Source of the DNA: Octopus bimaculoides
Taxonomy: Eukaryota
DNA length: 64,000 bases
Direction: 5' to 3'
NCBI RefSeq assembly: GCF_001194135.2
Contig: NC_068985.1
Span: forward strand, 56,228,933 to 56,292,932
The position numbers and the translations under genes were made by a program. Positions 1 to 12,735 of the stretch are shown in pieces (the first letter of the stretch is position 1; every line of letters begins with the position of its first letter). The notes under the pieces were generated by a model. The model made no database searches. It had not been told where the DNA came from and saw only the letters and a list, made by a program, of their open reading frames with translations.

Positions 1-889
1 TCAAGTGGTTCATAGTCACCCACTCCAAGCCTTACAGCAGCTATAATAACGAGCGATCTCTGTATAGCCGAGGTCGTGACTATTCTGCAATCCAGTGATT
101 GTCTTAATGAACGCAGTAGTATAATATTCACCTGCAAACATCGGTCACTAAATCTCTTCTCAAATACAAATAGTTACAACCCCACCCCACCCTTCCCCCA
201 ACCTTCATAAATTTCCCTCTTATCCAACGACATTTCTCCCCTTTAATTCCTTTATTGTCAATTACTTCTCTCCGTATTTTTCTTAACCATTTAAAAAAAA
301 AAAACTTTATTTTTATTTCAACTGCTTCCTCCTCCTACCCTCCCTCCATAAACTTACAACTACATACACCAACATACACCTCCACCACTTTATATTATAA
401 ACACGCTGACCACACACTATATACATTCCTCTATTGACAAAACTTATATGGTAGCGGCCACAATTCTTCCCCTCTCTTTCTTACTTTCTTCATGCATATA
501 TATTTTCTTTCTCCCCCTTGACCAAAAACATACCCTCTCCCCACTATTTGTATATATCTTCCTAATACTACTCCCCTGCTAATTTTTGTGATTCGGCCAA
601 AAATGCCTTTTGAATGCCAACATTTCAAATAACTGTACTTAAATTCCTCACTATGTCTTGCTTTATTCATACATAGTTTCTCCCCCTTGACCAAAAATAT
701 TTCCCCATCCTCTTTCCGTCAAATGATATTTTCCTCGAATATCAATCCCCTTACTAAATTCTGTATCTCAGCCAAAGCAGCTCCATTGTTTTAATACTAG
801 TCAATTGACCTTACTTTCATTCCTCCTTCCTCTCACTCCCTTATATTTTCTTCCTTTACCCTTGTTCAAATACTTATTTCTCCCTATAT

Positions 890-1125
890 TTACTCACCCC
901 TCTCATACTGTGCTCTCTACACATTTTGACTGAATCTTCCATGCGTCAACATGTATATCCTTGCGACAATGTAATCCTTAATTTAATCACGATATCCTTG
1001 GCTTGAACAGTAGCCGGCGGTATACACCTCGCTTGGATTATTACCACTTCTGAGGTTCCGCCCGCTATGAAATATATGTAAGCCGGGTCTTACCTACGCT
1101 ATTCCGTAACTCTTGTATTCTTATT
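890..1125 (-). repeat. Unclassified interspersed repeat (copy 1 of 2)
   Basis: Its reverse complement aligns with 31372-31595, sharing e.g. TTCATAGCG(G/A)GCGGAACCTCAG(A/G)AGTGGTAA(T/A)AATCCAAGCGA and ACATGTTGACG(C/T)ATGGAAGATTCA. Confidence 0.75.
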
Positions 1126-1304
1126 CGCACACCCGGCAACCTTAGTCGTCTACCGTGGAATTATCGTACTTCGATAGGGAAAAAATCCACAGCCTTCCGC
1201 ATCAATAAACCACTATTGTCCCTGAAAGTTGTTTTATATTTATTATGGATTGCTTGAAGCTAATCTTCTTCCTACACCTCGATCCACGGATCTTACATTT
1301 ATGT

Positions 1305-1351
<47 letters not shown>

Positions 1352-2009
1352 NNNNNNNNNNNNNNNNNNNNNNNNNNNNNNNNNNNNNNNNNNNNNNNNN
1401 NNNNNNNNNNNNNNNNNNNNNTATATATATATATACACGCGCACGCGCACACACACATGTATGTATGTGTGTGTGCGCATGTGCATGCACACGCGTGTGT
1501 CTATGTGTCAATGTGTGTCTATGTGTCAATGTGTGCATGCACATGCAAAAACAAATGGTCTGTAAATACGTACTGAGATGTGGGTACGTCGTGATGTTAA
1601 ATACGAAAAGTTTTAGTAATTTAGGTTGAGTCTTCATGCCTATAGGCACTTCTGAGCCATGATTCCATTCAAGTCAACATGAATTTTGTGCACAGCGTTT
1701 TTCAGCCTACTTAACGCAGATGTTGGTGTAAAAGAGATGCCGCCGCATTATGTCATTTACGACACCTCTTATACTCCGTCTGTACTCTTGAAAAGAAGTA
1801 GCAAAAATAACACATTGTTTTTACATTTCAGCGTCAGGTTTTTATCTCTAACCATTATTAGTATGGAATGTTTTATGATGCGTTAATTCTTTTCCAAATA
1901 AATGTAAGGATTTTTAATCATTATTGTATAAAGTGGATCTGCTCTAGAAATGCCATACAACCAACAGGCTTACTCTTATCCTTGTTTTACCAAATTTGTT
2001 CCGACAATG

Positions 2010-2160
2010 ATGTAGTGTTTTCTACTCTAGGCACAAGGCCCGAAATTTTTGGCGAGGCGGCCAGTCGATTAGATTGACCCTAGTACGCAACTGGTACTTA
2101 ATTTATCGACCCCGAAAGGATGAAAAGGAAAGTTGACCTCGGCGAAATTTGAACTCAGAC
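2010..2160 (-). mobile_element. SINE family B, 3' part
   Basis: Reverse complement of the family-B core CTGAGTTCAAATTTCGCCGAGGTCAACTTT...CATCCTTTCGGGGTCGATAAATTAAGTACCAGTT, plus the CCTTGTGCCTAGAGTAGAAAA tail. Confidence 0.85.
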
Positions 2161-2454
2161 AGGAGAAATAGACAACGATATAGTGTTAACGTTTTGACTG
2201 TGTTTGGAAAAGCTAATGTGTTGGTATAATTGTCCCTTAAATGAGCGGCACAGTCGTTTTCTTCAGCAAGCACTTAGTTAAGCACTGCTTTTCTTAAGGT
2301 CAGCACACAGTGTTTTCATTAATATCCGTTAACTTACCCTTCTGTATGTTATTTTTGAAAGACTCGTATTCATGAAACGGAATATTCTTTAGAAAAGTCT
2401 TGAAGGCGATAGCCTAGTCTAAGGACTGAAAATAGTAAAAGTATACGCGCACGC

Positions 2455-2639
2455 GCACAAACACACGGACACACATACGCACACCCACACACCCACATCT
2501 ACACACCTACACACCTACACACCTACACACCTACACACCTACACACCTTCACACACGCACACACACATATATATCAACATATGTATGTGTGCATCATATA
2601 TATATATATATATTCATATATACTGTATATAATTATTGA

Positions 2640-2688
<49 letters not shown>

Positions 2689-2820
2689 CCTGGCTCTCTG
2701 TCTCTGCATATGTATGTATAAATATGTCTATATATGTATGTATATTAATATGTATATTGTTGATACGTCTATTCACATCTACTTGCACATATATCCATCT
2801 GTTAATATATTTGTATATGT

Positions 2821-2865
<45 letters not shown>

Positions 2866-2921
2866 NNNNNNNNNNNNNNNNNNNNNNNNNNNNNNNNNNN
2901 NNNNNNNNNNNNNNNNNNNNN

Positions 2922-2960
<39 letters not shown>
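2455..2960. repeat. Compound microsatellite: (ACACACCT)n, (TA)n, (TATC)n, (CA)n with gap
   Basis: Directly visible tandem units. Confidence 0.95.
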
Positions 2961-2964
<4 letters not shown>

Positions 2965-3179
2965 CGTAAAAGGAGTACCAGTTGGTGACGATATACCCAC
3001 ATCTTAAATTATTATGACGTAGAATCACTAGACTGAATGATAGGTATCCTCATGTTTGAAATAATAGATTTATTGATAATTTAATCGAGATATTAATCGA
3101 TGACTTAGTCAAACAATCAATCCATTATTGAATAATCTGAACACTTAACCATTAATATTACTTATTCATGCACCCACAA

Positions 3180-3529
3180 GCTACCTACCTACCTACCTAC
3201 CTACCTACCTACCTACCTACCTACCTACCTACCTACTTATCTACCTACCTACCTACCTACCTACCTACGTTCACACATATGTATGTGCACACATATGTGC
3301 ACATGCATACATATGTGCACATATTTGTGCGTGTGGTATTAATGGATTATTATTGAAATTGCTCAATAATCAATTGATTGGTAATATATATATATATAAA
3401 TATATAAATATCTATATATATAAATATATATACATATATATATATATATACGTACACACACACACACTCACACACTCACACACATATATATGTATATATA
3501 CATGCATATATACATACACATACATACAA

Positions 3530-3563
<34 letters not shown>

Positions 3564-3595
3564 GTTCACGTTTTTTGATCTCCTGTACCCATATA

Positions 3596-3639
<44 letters not shown>

Positions 3640-3640
3640 N
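3180..3640. repeat. (CTAC)n then (TA)n/(CA)n microsatellites
   Basis: Directly visible. Confidence 0.95.
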
Positions 3641-3896
3641 NNNNNNNNNNNNNNNNNNNNNNNNNNNNNNNNNNNNNNNNNNNNNNNNNNNNNNNNNNNN
3701 NNNNNNNNNNNNNNNNNNNNNNNNNNNNNNNNNNNNNNNNNNNNNNNNNNNNNNNNNNNNNNNNNNNNNNNNNNNNNNNNNNNNNNNNNNNNNNNNNNNN
3801 NNNNNNNNNNNNNNNNNNNNNNNNNNNNNNNNNNNNNNNNNNNNNNNNNNNNNNNNNNNNNNNNNNNNNNNNNNNNNNNNNNNNNNNNNNNNNNNN

Positions 3897-4218
3897 ACTA
3901 TAGCCTCGGGCCGACCAAAGCCTTGTGAGTGGATTTGGTAGACGGAAACTGAAAGAAGCCTATCGTATATATGTATATATATATGTATGTATGTGTGTTT
4001 GTGTGTCTGTGTTTGTCCCCCCCACCATCGCTTGACAACCGATGCTGGTGTGTTTACGTCCCCGTAACTTAGCGGTTCGGCAAAAAGAGACCAATAGAAT
4101 AAGTACTAGGCTTACAAAGAATAAGTCCTGGGGTCGATTTTCTCGACTAAAGGCGGTGCTCCAGCATGGCCACAGTCAAATGGCTGAAACAAGTAAAAGA
4201 GTAAAAGAGTAAAAGAGA
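3897..4218 (+). mobile_element. SINE family A, 5' end lost in gap
   Basis: ACTATAGCCTCGGGCCGACCAAAGCCTTGTGAGTGGATTTGGTAGACGGAAACTGAAAGAAGCC, a central TA/TG tract, GCTTGACAACCGATGCTGG...GGGGTCGAT..., and a (GTAAAA)n-like tail; matches 37081-37422. Confidence 0.92.
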
Positions 4219-4224
4219 TAATAT

Positions 4225-4735
4225 TTATCCGTGCATATGTTCAGGTCACTGCTGTTTTCCTCATCCATTTTTGGGTACCGAATAATTTCTTCTTAAATCT
4301 TCATTCCACTTTGTACATGGTCTCCCCCACCGTTTTTCTTCTGGACGTGGTGTCCACTCTGTCAATTTGGTATTCCATCTATTGTCGTTTTTTCTAAATA
4401 TATTTCTGCGAAAGACCACTTCAGAATTTACATTTTCCTGATAATATCCGTTAAACCTGTTGCCAATCTTATCCTGTTGTTTCTCAACTTATCCAATTTG
4501 TTAATCTTCAGCATTCTCCTTACCATGGCCCTTTGTGTGGCTCTTAATTTATTTTCAATGCTCTTGTTGGTAGTTCATGTTTCTGATGCATACGCGCTGA
4601 TAGCACACACTGGTCGAAAACCTTTCTTTTTGGACTCATAGGCAAATTATTGTTCATGATATGGTTCAATGTACCAAAGGCTGCCCATCCTATTTGTATT
4701 AGTCGTTGAATCTCTTTGGTCTGATTTTTATCCTT

Positions 4736-4740
<5 letters not shown>
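4225..4740 (-). mobile_element. RTE-clade LINE 3' fragment, degenerate
   Basis: Minus-strand translation KEIQRLIQIGWAAFGTLNHIMNNNLPMSPKRKVFDQCVL followed by frameshifted segments; typical of the RTE post-RT region. Confidence 0.85.
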
Positions 4741-4770
<30 letters not shown>

Positions 4771-5004
4771 AGTGTAGGTATCAGTTAGAGGGGTTTAATA
4801 CCTCTAAGGGATATTTAAATCTAGAGTCAGACCTGGCTATTAGCTAGGTAGGTATAGTCTTTTGTAAGGTTGTACACGAGCAGGTGCTTCTCTCATCTCT
4901 GCTTCTTCCTCCTTGTTATCTATTTAATTAAAGACATACCAGCGAAAACAACGAGTTTCCCATTGTATAATCTATATCCATGTCTATCTATCTGTCAATA
5001 TATC

Positions 5005-5033
5005 TATATCTATGTCTATCTATCTGTCAATCC

Positions 5034-5089
<56 letters not shown>

Positions 5090-5215
5090 GTCTGTCTGTC
5101 TGTCTACCTTTACACACACACATACATACTTACAGACATACATACAAACATAAATACATATATGCATTCATACATACATACACACATACATACACACGCA
5201 CGCGCGCGTACACAC
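5005..5215. repeat. (TATC)n(TGTC)n and CA-rich microsatellite
   Basis: Directly visible. Confidence 0.95.
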
Positions 5216-5589
5216 ATGCATATCATATTTAACCGACCAGAAATAACGAATAAATTCTTATAATAACTTTTCCCTGGAATTCAGATTAAAATCGTTGAGC
5301 AAAAATGAAATAATACCAACAACAACAACAACCCAAACTGAATTAGACATTCGCTGAACGACCTACTAAATCATCTAAAAATATTCTTTCGTGAAGAAAC
5401 AATCACATGACCTGAATTTCACTCACTCAAGCTGGGTACACAAATATCCGTAATATCATGTGTGTGTGTGTGTGTGTGTATACATACATACACACATATA
5501 TACGTATATATAAATATGGCATTCGCTATGATAGATCGCTGACCACTACATTTATATTTTTTTCTCCTTGTTTCTCTCCTTATTTCTTT

Positions 5590-5730
5590 TTGTATTCCTT
5601 TCAGTTGAAGAGCGTAGGCTCGAAACGTCGAAGATTTTCTCTATTCCCGAGCGTTAAACTAATACATCCATTTGTTGTTTATACAACCTGTCTTCGTCTG
5701 TTGTTTTTTTCGTAAATTCTCCCATATATA
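5590..5730 (+). mobile_element. Short PLE-terminus-like element ending TTCTCCC(AT)n
   Basis: Contains a hammerhead-like core; its 3' end matches the inverted copy at 5815-5870. Confidence 0.5.
5597..5634 (+). ncRNA. Degenerate minimal hammerhead-ribozyme motif
   Basis: CAGTTGA (2 mismatches to CTGATGA), then A, stem II GAGC[GTAG]GCTC, GAAAC and a GTC triplet; short stem I CTTT/GAAG. Confidence 0.45.
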
Positions 5731-5814
5731 TNNNNNNNNNNNNNNNNNNNNNNNNNNNNNNNNNNNNNNNNNNNNNNNNNNNNNNNNATATATATATGTA
5801 TATATATATATATA

Positions 5815-6337
5815 TGGGAGAATATACAAATAATAACAACAGACGAGGACAGGTGGTGTAAATAACAAAAGTATATATTAATATATACATAAATGAAAAA
5901 TGCATTAAATGCTACAAAACGTATGCGTAAGACAGAGACCAGGATCCTAATTCTTCATCAGTTATCGACCGAAAATACTAATACCTAGTTTTATGCCTTT
6001 AACGATAAGACTAGGAACTTCGTATATCGTCGGCACCCACAAGATTTACGTGGAATTAGAGCTCGAGCAACCTGTTGACGGACGGAAGTAAACAAAAGTA
6101 ATTTGAAACGATAGACGAAGACAATAAATAAATAAAGCCTTTGGGCCAAACACGAGAATGATGGATTAACACCTGGAGGAAATCCTCAAATGGATATAAA
6201 AGCAGAATTAGTAAGAGAGGAGAAGAGAGGGGAAAAAAGTTAACCAGCAATCTAGGCGTAGAGTGGCGAAAAGACGGAAAATAGAAAATCAATCACCAGT
6301 CACGTGTGGGTAGCAGATAGAGGGATAGAAGGGAAGA

Positions 6338-6340
<3 letters not shown>
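5815..6340 (-). mobile_element. PLE-terminus-like non-autonomous element, tail-to-tail with 5590-5730
   Basis: Its reverse complement ends ACACCACCTGTCCTCGTCTGTTG...ATTCTCCC(AT)n like the plus copy, and carries CTGATGAAG on the minus strand near 5955 without a downstream GAAA. Confidence 0.45.
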
Positions 6341-6341
<1 letters not shown>

Positions 6342-6409
<68 letters not shown>

Positions 6410-6975
6410 NNNNNNNNNNNNNNNNNNNNNNNNNNNNNNNNNNNNNNNNNNNNNNNNNNNNNNNNNNNNNNNNNNNNNNNNNNNNNNNNNNNNNNNNNNN
6501 NNNNNNNNNNNNNNNNNNNNNNNNNNNNNNNNNNNNNNNNNNNNNNNNNNNNNNNNNNNNNNNNNNNNNNNNNNNNNNNNNNNNNNNNNNNNNNNNNNNN
6601 NNNNNNNNNNNNNNNNNNNNNNNNNNNNNNNNNNNNNNNNNNNNNNNNNNNNNNNNNNNNNNNNNNNNNNNNNNNNNNNNNNNNNNNNNNNNNNNNNNNN
6701 NNNNNNNNNNNNNNNNNNNNNNNNNNNNNNNNNNNNNNNNNNNNNNNNNNNNNNNNNNNNNNNNNNNNNNNNNNNNNNNNNNNNNNNNNNNNNNNNNNNN
6801 NNNNNNNNNNNNNNNNNNNNNNNNNNNNNNNNNNNNNNNNNNNNNNNNNNNNNNNNNNNNNNNNNNNNNNNNNNNNNNNNNNNNNNNNNNNNNNNNNNNN
6901 NNNNNNNNNNNNNNNNNNNNNNNNNNNNNNNNNNNNNNNNNNNNNNNNNNNNNATATATACATATATATATATAC

Positions 6976-7008
<33 letters not shown>

Positions 7009-7031
7009 CATATATACATATATATATATAC

Positions 7032-7067
<36 letters not shown>

Positions 7068-7070
7068 ATA
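6342..7070. repeat. (GA)n, assembly gap, (TA/TACA)n
   Basis: Directly visible. Confidence 0.9.
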
Positions 7071-7159
7071 GATGTATATATCTTGAAATGTATCTATTTT
7101 AAATAAGACAGCGGAAGAGATAACTTTTGATTAGAACGGCATATAAACTATGTATTTCT

Positions 7160-7375
7160 TTTACTTCCTTTTTTTACTTGTTTCAGTTATTTGACTGCGG
7201 CCATGCTGTAACACTGCCTTTAGTCGAGCAAATCGATCCTAAAACTTATTCTTTGTAAGACTAGTACTTATTCTATCGGTTCATTTTGCCGAACAGCTAA
7301 GTTACGTAGATGTAAACACACCAGCATCGGTTGTCAAGCGATGCTGGGGGACAAACACACAAACACACACACACA
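7160..7375 (-). mobile_element. SINE family A, 3' half
   Basis: Reverse complement of TTTGTCCCCCAGCATCGCTTGACAACCGATGCTGGTGTGTTTAC...AGAATAAGTACTAG...CAGCATGGCCGCAGTCAAATAACTGAAACAAGTAAAA. Confidence 0.9.
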
Positions 7376-7455
7376 TACACATATAATAATCTAAATAATA
7401 TATATATATATATATGCATATATACAAACGTTTATGTACATACTTATATCTATAC

Positions 7456-7493
<38 letters not shown>

Positions 7494-7904
7494 NNNNNNN
7501 NNNNNNNNNNNNNNNNNNNNNNNNNNNNNNNNNNNNNNNNNNNNNNNNNNNNNNNNNNNNNNNNNNNNNNNNNNNNNNNNNNNNNNNNNNNNNNNNNNNN
7601 NNNNNNNNNNNNNNNNNNNNNNNNNNNNNNNNNNNNNNNNNNNNNNNNNNNNNNNNNNNNNNNNNNNNNNNNNNNNNNNNNNNNNNNNNNNNNNNNNNNN
7701 NNNNNNNNNNNNNNNNNNNNNNNNNNNNNNNNNNNNNNNNNNNNNNNNNNNNNNNNNNNNNNNNNNNNNNNNNNNNNNNNNNNNNNNNNNNNNNNNNNNN
7801 NNNNNNNNNNNNNNNNNNNNNNNNNNNNNNNNNNNNNNNNNNNNNNNNNNNNNNNNNNNNNNNNNNNNNNNNNNNNNNNNNNNNNNNNNNNNNNNNNNNN
7901 ATAC

Positions 7905-8440
7905 ATATGTGGGCACAGGACGCCATGAAACGTGTACAACAAAAATATACGAAGAACGAGTACATGGAATATGTACTATTTTTTCGAATAACGAAAGACA
8001 CAAACGGAAAACAAGACAAACAACATAAATAACGACCATTCATCAGTTGTTGGCTGTTTTTCTAATCCATTTTTCGAGCAATTAACGACAATATACGCTT
8101 TCGATAAAACAGTTGCTCCCGCAAAGCAAATTAAATAAAATTTGGGATTTTGCGGAAGGTCAAAATTGGTAACACAAACAGGACATTGAAATTAAATAGG
8201 AAGGGCTGCTAAGCCTAAACGAGGTTGAGGTGGCGAACGTGTAAATCAAGATTGGACAGGAGACAAACAAGGACACGTCTTCCTTGTTCCAGTTACAATG
8301 GACAGAAAGAAAGAAAGATGGCCGATGGTCACATGGGAATCACGTGAGCAAGGGAGAACGATTGAGGGAAAGAGAGAGTGACAGAGTAATAGGATAGAAT
8401 AGTGGGAGAAGAGGAGGTAAAAGAATAAAAGAGAGAAAAA
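7905..8440 (-). mobile_element. Unclassified (possibly PLE-derived) insertion inside the central microsatellite of a family-A SINE
   Basis: Sits between the two SINE halves, ends at a TA-rich tract and has CTGATGAA on the minus strand near 8040; the purine-rich block resembles 6200-6340. Confidence 0.35.
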
Positions 8441-8444
8441 AGTA

Positions 8445-8611
8445 AAACGACGGGCTTCTTTCAGTTTCCGTCTGCCAAATCCACTCACAAGGCTTTGGTC
8501 GGCCCGAGGTTATAACAGAAGACACTTGCCCAAGATGCTACGCAGTGGGACTGAACCCGGAACCATCTGGTTGGTAAGCAAGCTACTCACCACACAACCA
8601 CTTCTGTGCCT
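8445..8611 (-). mobile_element. SINE family A, 5' half with tRNA-like head
   Basis: Reverse complement GTGGTTGTGTGGTGAGTAGCTTGCTTACCAACCAGATGGTTCCGGGTTCAGTCCCACTGCGTAGCATCTTGGGCAAGTGTCTTC; A- and B-box-like motifs. Confidence 0.9.
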
Positions 8612-8739
8612 ATGTATGTCTAACTTTTCTATACATTTATCACATCCTGAATGATAAATGTATAGAATCCTTAACATCACATTTAACCATCACGTAGCCA
8701 AAAAAATTTGACAATCGTCAGTTTTATTCTGATCCTGAG

Positions 8740-8879
8740 TATGTGTGTGTGTGTGTGTGTATATATATTTGTATGTATGTATATATAAATAATATAAATA
8801 CATATACATACATACATACAAACAAACATACATGTAGATGTATGTGTGTTCGTGCAAGTAATCGCGTGCGCATACATGT

Positions 8880-8946
<67 letters not shown>

Positions 8947-9483
8947 GTGTATGTTGTGTATGTTGTGTGTGTGTGTGTGTAAATGAATTAGAATTTGGGA
9001 AAAGAAACTCTCGAGAATTATGTAAAATTATGTTGACAATAGCGGCATTAAAAATCAAAACAAAACAGCAACAATAGCAAACAATATTTGGAGAGTTGTT
9101 GCTTTCCGAAATCTCCCTTGGATGAAAAGTAAACATGAAGTAATTGGAGATATAGATATTAATTTTGATATGTGTGTATGTATTTTGCATACGTATAAGC
9201 ATGTATGTTTGTATATGCATGTGCCTTTGTGAATGTGTGTTTGTATAGATGAGTGTATAAATGTGTGCGTATGTGTATGCGTGTATTTGTGTATATATAA
9301 CTATGTATGCATCCACATACGTATAGGATATATGTACGTATATATGTATGTCGCTTTATATAAATTATGAATGTGCATGTGTGAGCATTTGTATTTACGG
9401 ATAACGCACGCATGCGTGTATATGCACATATGTACACACATATACACATATATGCATATACATATACTCTTGCACACATATAT

Positions 9484-9561
<78 letters not shown>

Positions 9562-9775
9562 ATATATATATATATATTATTTGTATATGTCTATATATAT
9601 ATGTATATGTGCTGTATTTATGTGTATATTCATATGTATATATACAGATATACATATACACACATATAATCGTACAAGTATATACATATATAAATATAGA
9701 TATATAGATGTAGATGCATATACACACAAACAAACACACATGCACACACACCCACACTCACACCTACACACACAT
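8740..9775. repeat. (TG)n, (TA)n and TG/CA-rich low complexity
   Basis: Directly visible; long (TA)n at about 9487-9570. Confidence 0.9.
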
Positions 9776-10214
9776 TGATCCCTCTATTCATCACTGACCT
9801 CGTAGCCTCAAAATAAATAGGGAAAATAAAAGAAACGAAAATACGACATTGAAAGCAACAACGGACTCAAAAACTATTCTCGAAGGAATATTAGTTATAA
9901 ATAAACGCATGAATAAATAAAAGTATGAATAAATAAATATAACAAAAAAATGGAAGGAAGTGGAAGGAAAACACAAAGAACAAATCAATATTGATATATT
10001 TGATGAAGGATATTTAAGTAAAATACTGATGCGTTATCTTATCCCTCTTGATGACAACGACAGGAAATAGATATTGAAATCCCTTATAGCTGTAGCTGTG
10101 TTATGGGGGTTGTGGGGTTGTATGCGAAGAGGAGAATTACTCCTAGTTAGAGCAACCCCTAGTGTATTGTGAGCCTTGTTCTATGTATTTTGTTCTGTTT
10201 AGAATTTACGGTGA

Positions 10215-10365
10215 ATTTCTATCTTTTTATCTTATACTTGTTTCAGTCAGTGGACAAGCAACCATACTGTGGCTTCATCTTGAAAGGTTGAGTCCAACAA
10301 ATCGACCCCCAGGGCTAATTTTTAAGGCTGGTACTTATTCTATGAATGACTTTTGCCGAAACATT
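10215..10365 (-). mobile_element. SINE family A, degenerate 3' part
   Basis: Reverse complement carries TTTCGGCAAAAG...TAGAATAAGTACCAGCC...GGGGTCGATTTG...CTGAAACAAGTA. Confidence 0.7.
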
Positions 10366-11929
10366 AAGCTGCAGCTTTAGATAAAACGCAGTTAATACTG
10401 ACTGAGTTGTACCATCAGACCACCAAGTCGTAAAAAGTTACAGCAGCATCAGTGCCAAGCAGTGTTTAGGCGTAAATGAACTTTTGGTTAGTTAAAACAT
10501 GCTTGTGACATATTTCAACTTCTAAAGTTCAACTTCTAAATCAATGTCGGTTCCTACAAAACAGCCATGTTTAAGTGGATTTTTATAGAAACCAGCAAAC
10601 AAAACAGGTGTAGATATGCATGAGTGTATATATGTCTCTGTCTGTGTATGTTTCTGTGTATGTATGTATTTATATATAAATATACATCTATGCATGTGTA
10701 TGTGCTTATAAGCTTTCAACGTTGCTATAACTGTTGCGCCTTTTAACGCTCCCTACCCTATATGATGGGATTTATTTGTACTTACGGCAGTATTTATCCG
10801 ATGTGTGTTGAGCAGTCTCCGACCAACGAGTTCACCACGTCCCTCACAAATGTTGACCGCATCCGACGGTCGACCGCAGTCGAAGCTTTCATGAAGTGCA
10901 GACGCCGTAGTCGTAGTCGTCATTCGCTGTTGGGGTGTAGAGTTCATGTTAGGAATTTCTGTGGAAATACAAGTTCATATGTGGTCTCCGGTCACATGCA
11001 TACACACCTTGGGATACTGTGATCTGTAGCAGCTCATCTTGCTGTAGATTATCGATCGTCACAGAGGATACGCTGAACAAATCACCACCGATTATCTGAG
11101 CAAGCGTAACCTGATTTTGAAGCGGGTTCTATAGACAAGCTTTAACAAAAGCTAAGGCGTGTCCCACTTCCAGTGGTCTTCCAGCATGCCAGACACCAGC
11201 CCAGAATTTCTGAGTGCCCGTGCTATTGCTAGATAGTCGTTGAACCTACATTTGGTTCATCCGTCCTTTGATGGAATTCGGTCTCAGTTTAATCAATCAT
11301 TTCTCTCCCCTCCATTTTACTTCGTAAATTCTCTATTTATTTCTATTAATACTCTTTTTGCTTCGTTATCTCGTTTTCTTTCTTTCTTTTTATCTTATCC
11401 ATCAGCCCGTATCCTTAAAACTTATAACTCCTTTCCAACTATAAAAGGCATTGCTGGGGACTTCAGCCTTTTTGTCTCCACTCAGCTCACAGACATCTTG
11501 TTGAGAGTATTGTAGATAGTGATGATGTTGGTTATGCTTGTGGTGGTTATGGTATAGGATGTAGTGTTGGTGTTGTTAGTGATGAACGTCTATTTTCATA
11601 TTTCAACAATAAACGTGGGGCGGGGATACTCTACATAATTCACACACCCTGCAAGAAATTACACCTAAATCTCCCACAAACCAGGCCTTATCGTCTTCAA
11701 AAAAGAAAGAACACAGAAGGATGTGGTGTGGTACACCATGCCGTTGATTTTGCTCGAAAGAAAGTTGGGATGTTTACAGATGGACTGTCTTTGATCAGAG
11801 GTCTACTCGATCCAGTTCAACCTAAGGCTAAAGAAATATGGTTTTACGAATATAAAGGTAGAAAATTTCCCCACCTGACAAGTTCTACAGTAGAACTACC
11901 CACTTGAACGTGTTTAAATAACAATAACA

Positions 11930-12200
11930 ACAGGAACATGGAGAACATGAGCAACAATACCGCTAACAACAACAACAACAACAACAACAACAACGACAGC
12001 GACTACCAAGAACAATATCAACGACATTAACACCAAAAACAGCAATAAGACTACCACCAACACCACCACTACCACAACAACCACCGTCACCACCACCACC
12101 ACCACCACCACCACCACAGCAACGACAACGACCGCCACTACAACAGCAACACTACCAAGAACAATATCAACAACAGGAATCATTATCATCGTCATCATCC
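11930..12200. repeat. (AAC/ACC)n trinucleotide low complexity
   Basis: Directly visible. Confidence 0.9.
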
Positions 12201-12284
12201 CGTATTTTTACGCGATGAGACTGAACCCGAAACCATGTGGTTGCAAAGCGGGCTTCTTAACCATTCAGTTATTTCTACGCCTAT

Positions 12285-12286
12285 CC

Positions 12287-12346
<60 letters not shown>

Positions 12347-12377
12347 GTCTGTCTGTCTGTCTGTCTGTCGATCTGTC

Positions 12378-12426
<49 letters not shown>

Positions 12427-12735
12427 GGCAAGTATATATTTATGTGTATGCGTGTGGGTATGAGAGTGTATGTGAGTATGCGTGTGTATGTGAGTGTAAG
12501 TATGTTTATGTGAGTGTATGTGTGTGTATGTGAGTCTGTGAGTGTATGTGTGTATGTGTATTATGTGAGTTTGTGTGTGAATGTGTATGTGTTTGTATGA
12601 GTGTTTGTGTATGTGTATGTATGTGAGTGTATGTGTGTGTATGAGTGTTTGTGTATGTGTATGTATGTGAGTGTATGTGTGTGCATGTATGTATGTGTGT
12701 GTATGTGAGTGTATGTGTGTGTATGTGTATATACC
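12285..12735. repeat. (TATC)n(TGTC)n(TG)n and degenerate GTGTAT repeats
   Basis: Directly visible. Confidence 0.9.

Noticed and set aside
431-694. 87-aa minus-strand ORF
   Set aside because: No recognisable motif; lies in purine-skewed, probably repeat-derived DNA.
1229-9778. Many ORFs of 60-260 aa rich in CV/HT/YI/X
   Set aside because: They are translations of dinucleotide microsatellites and N-gaps, not genes; the same applies to similar ORFs throughout the window.
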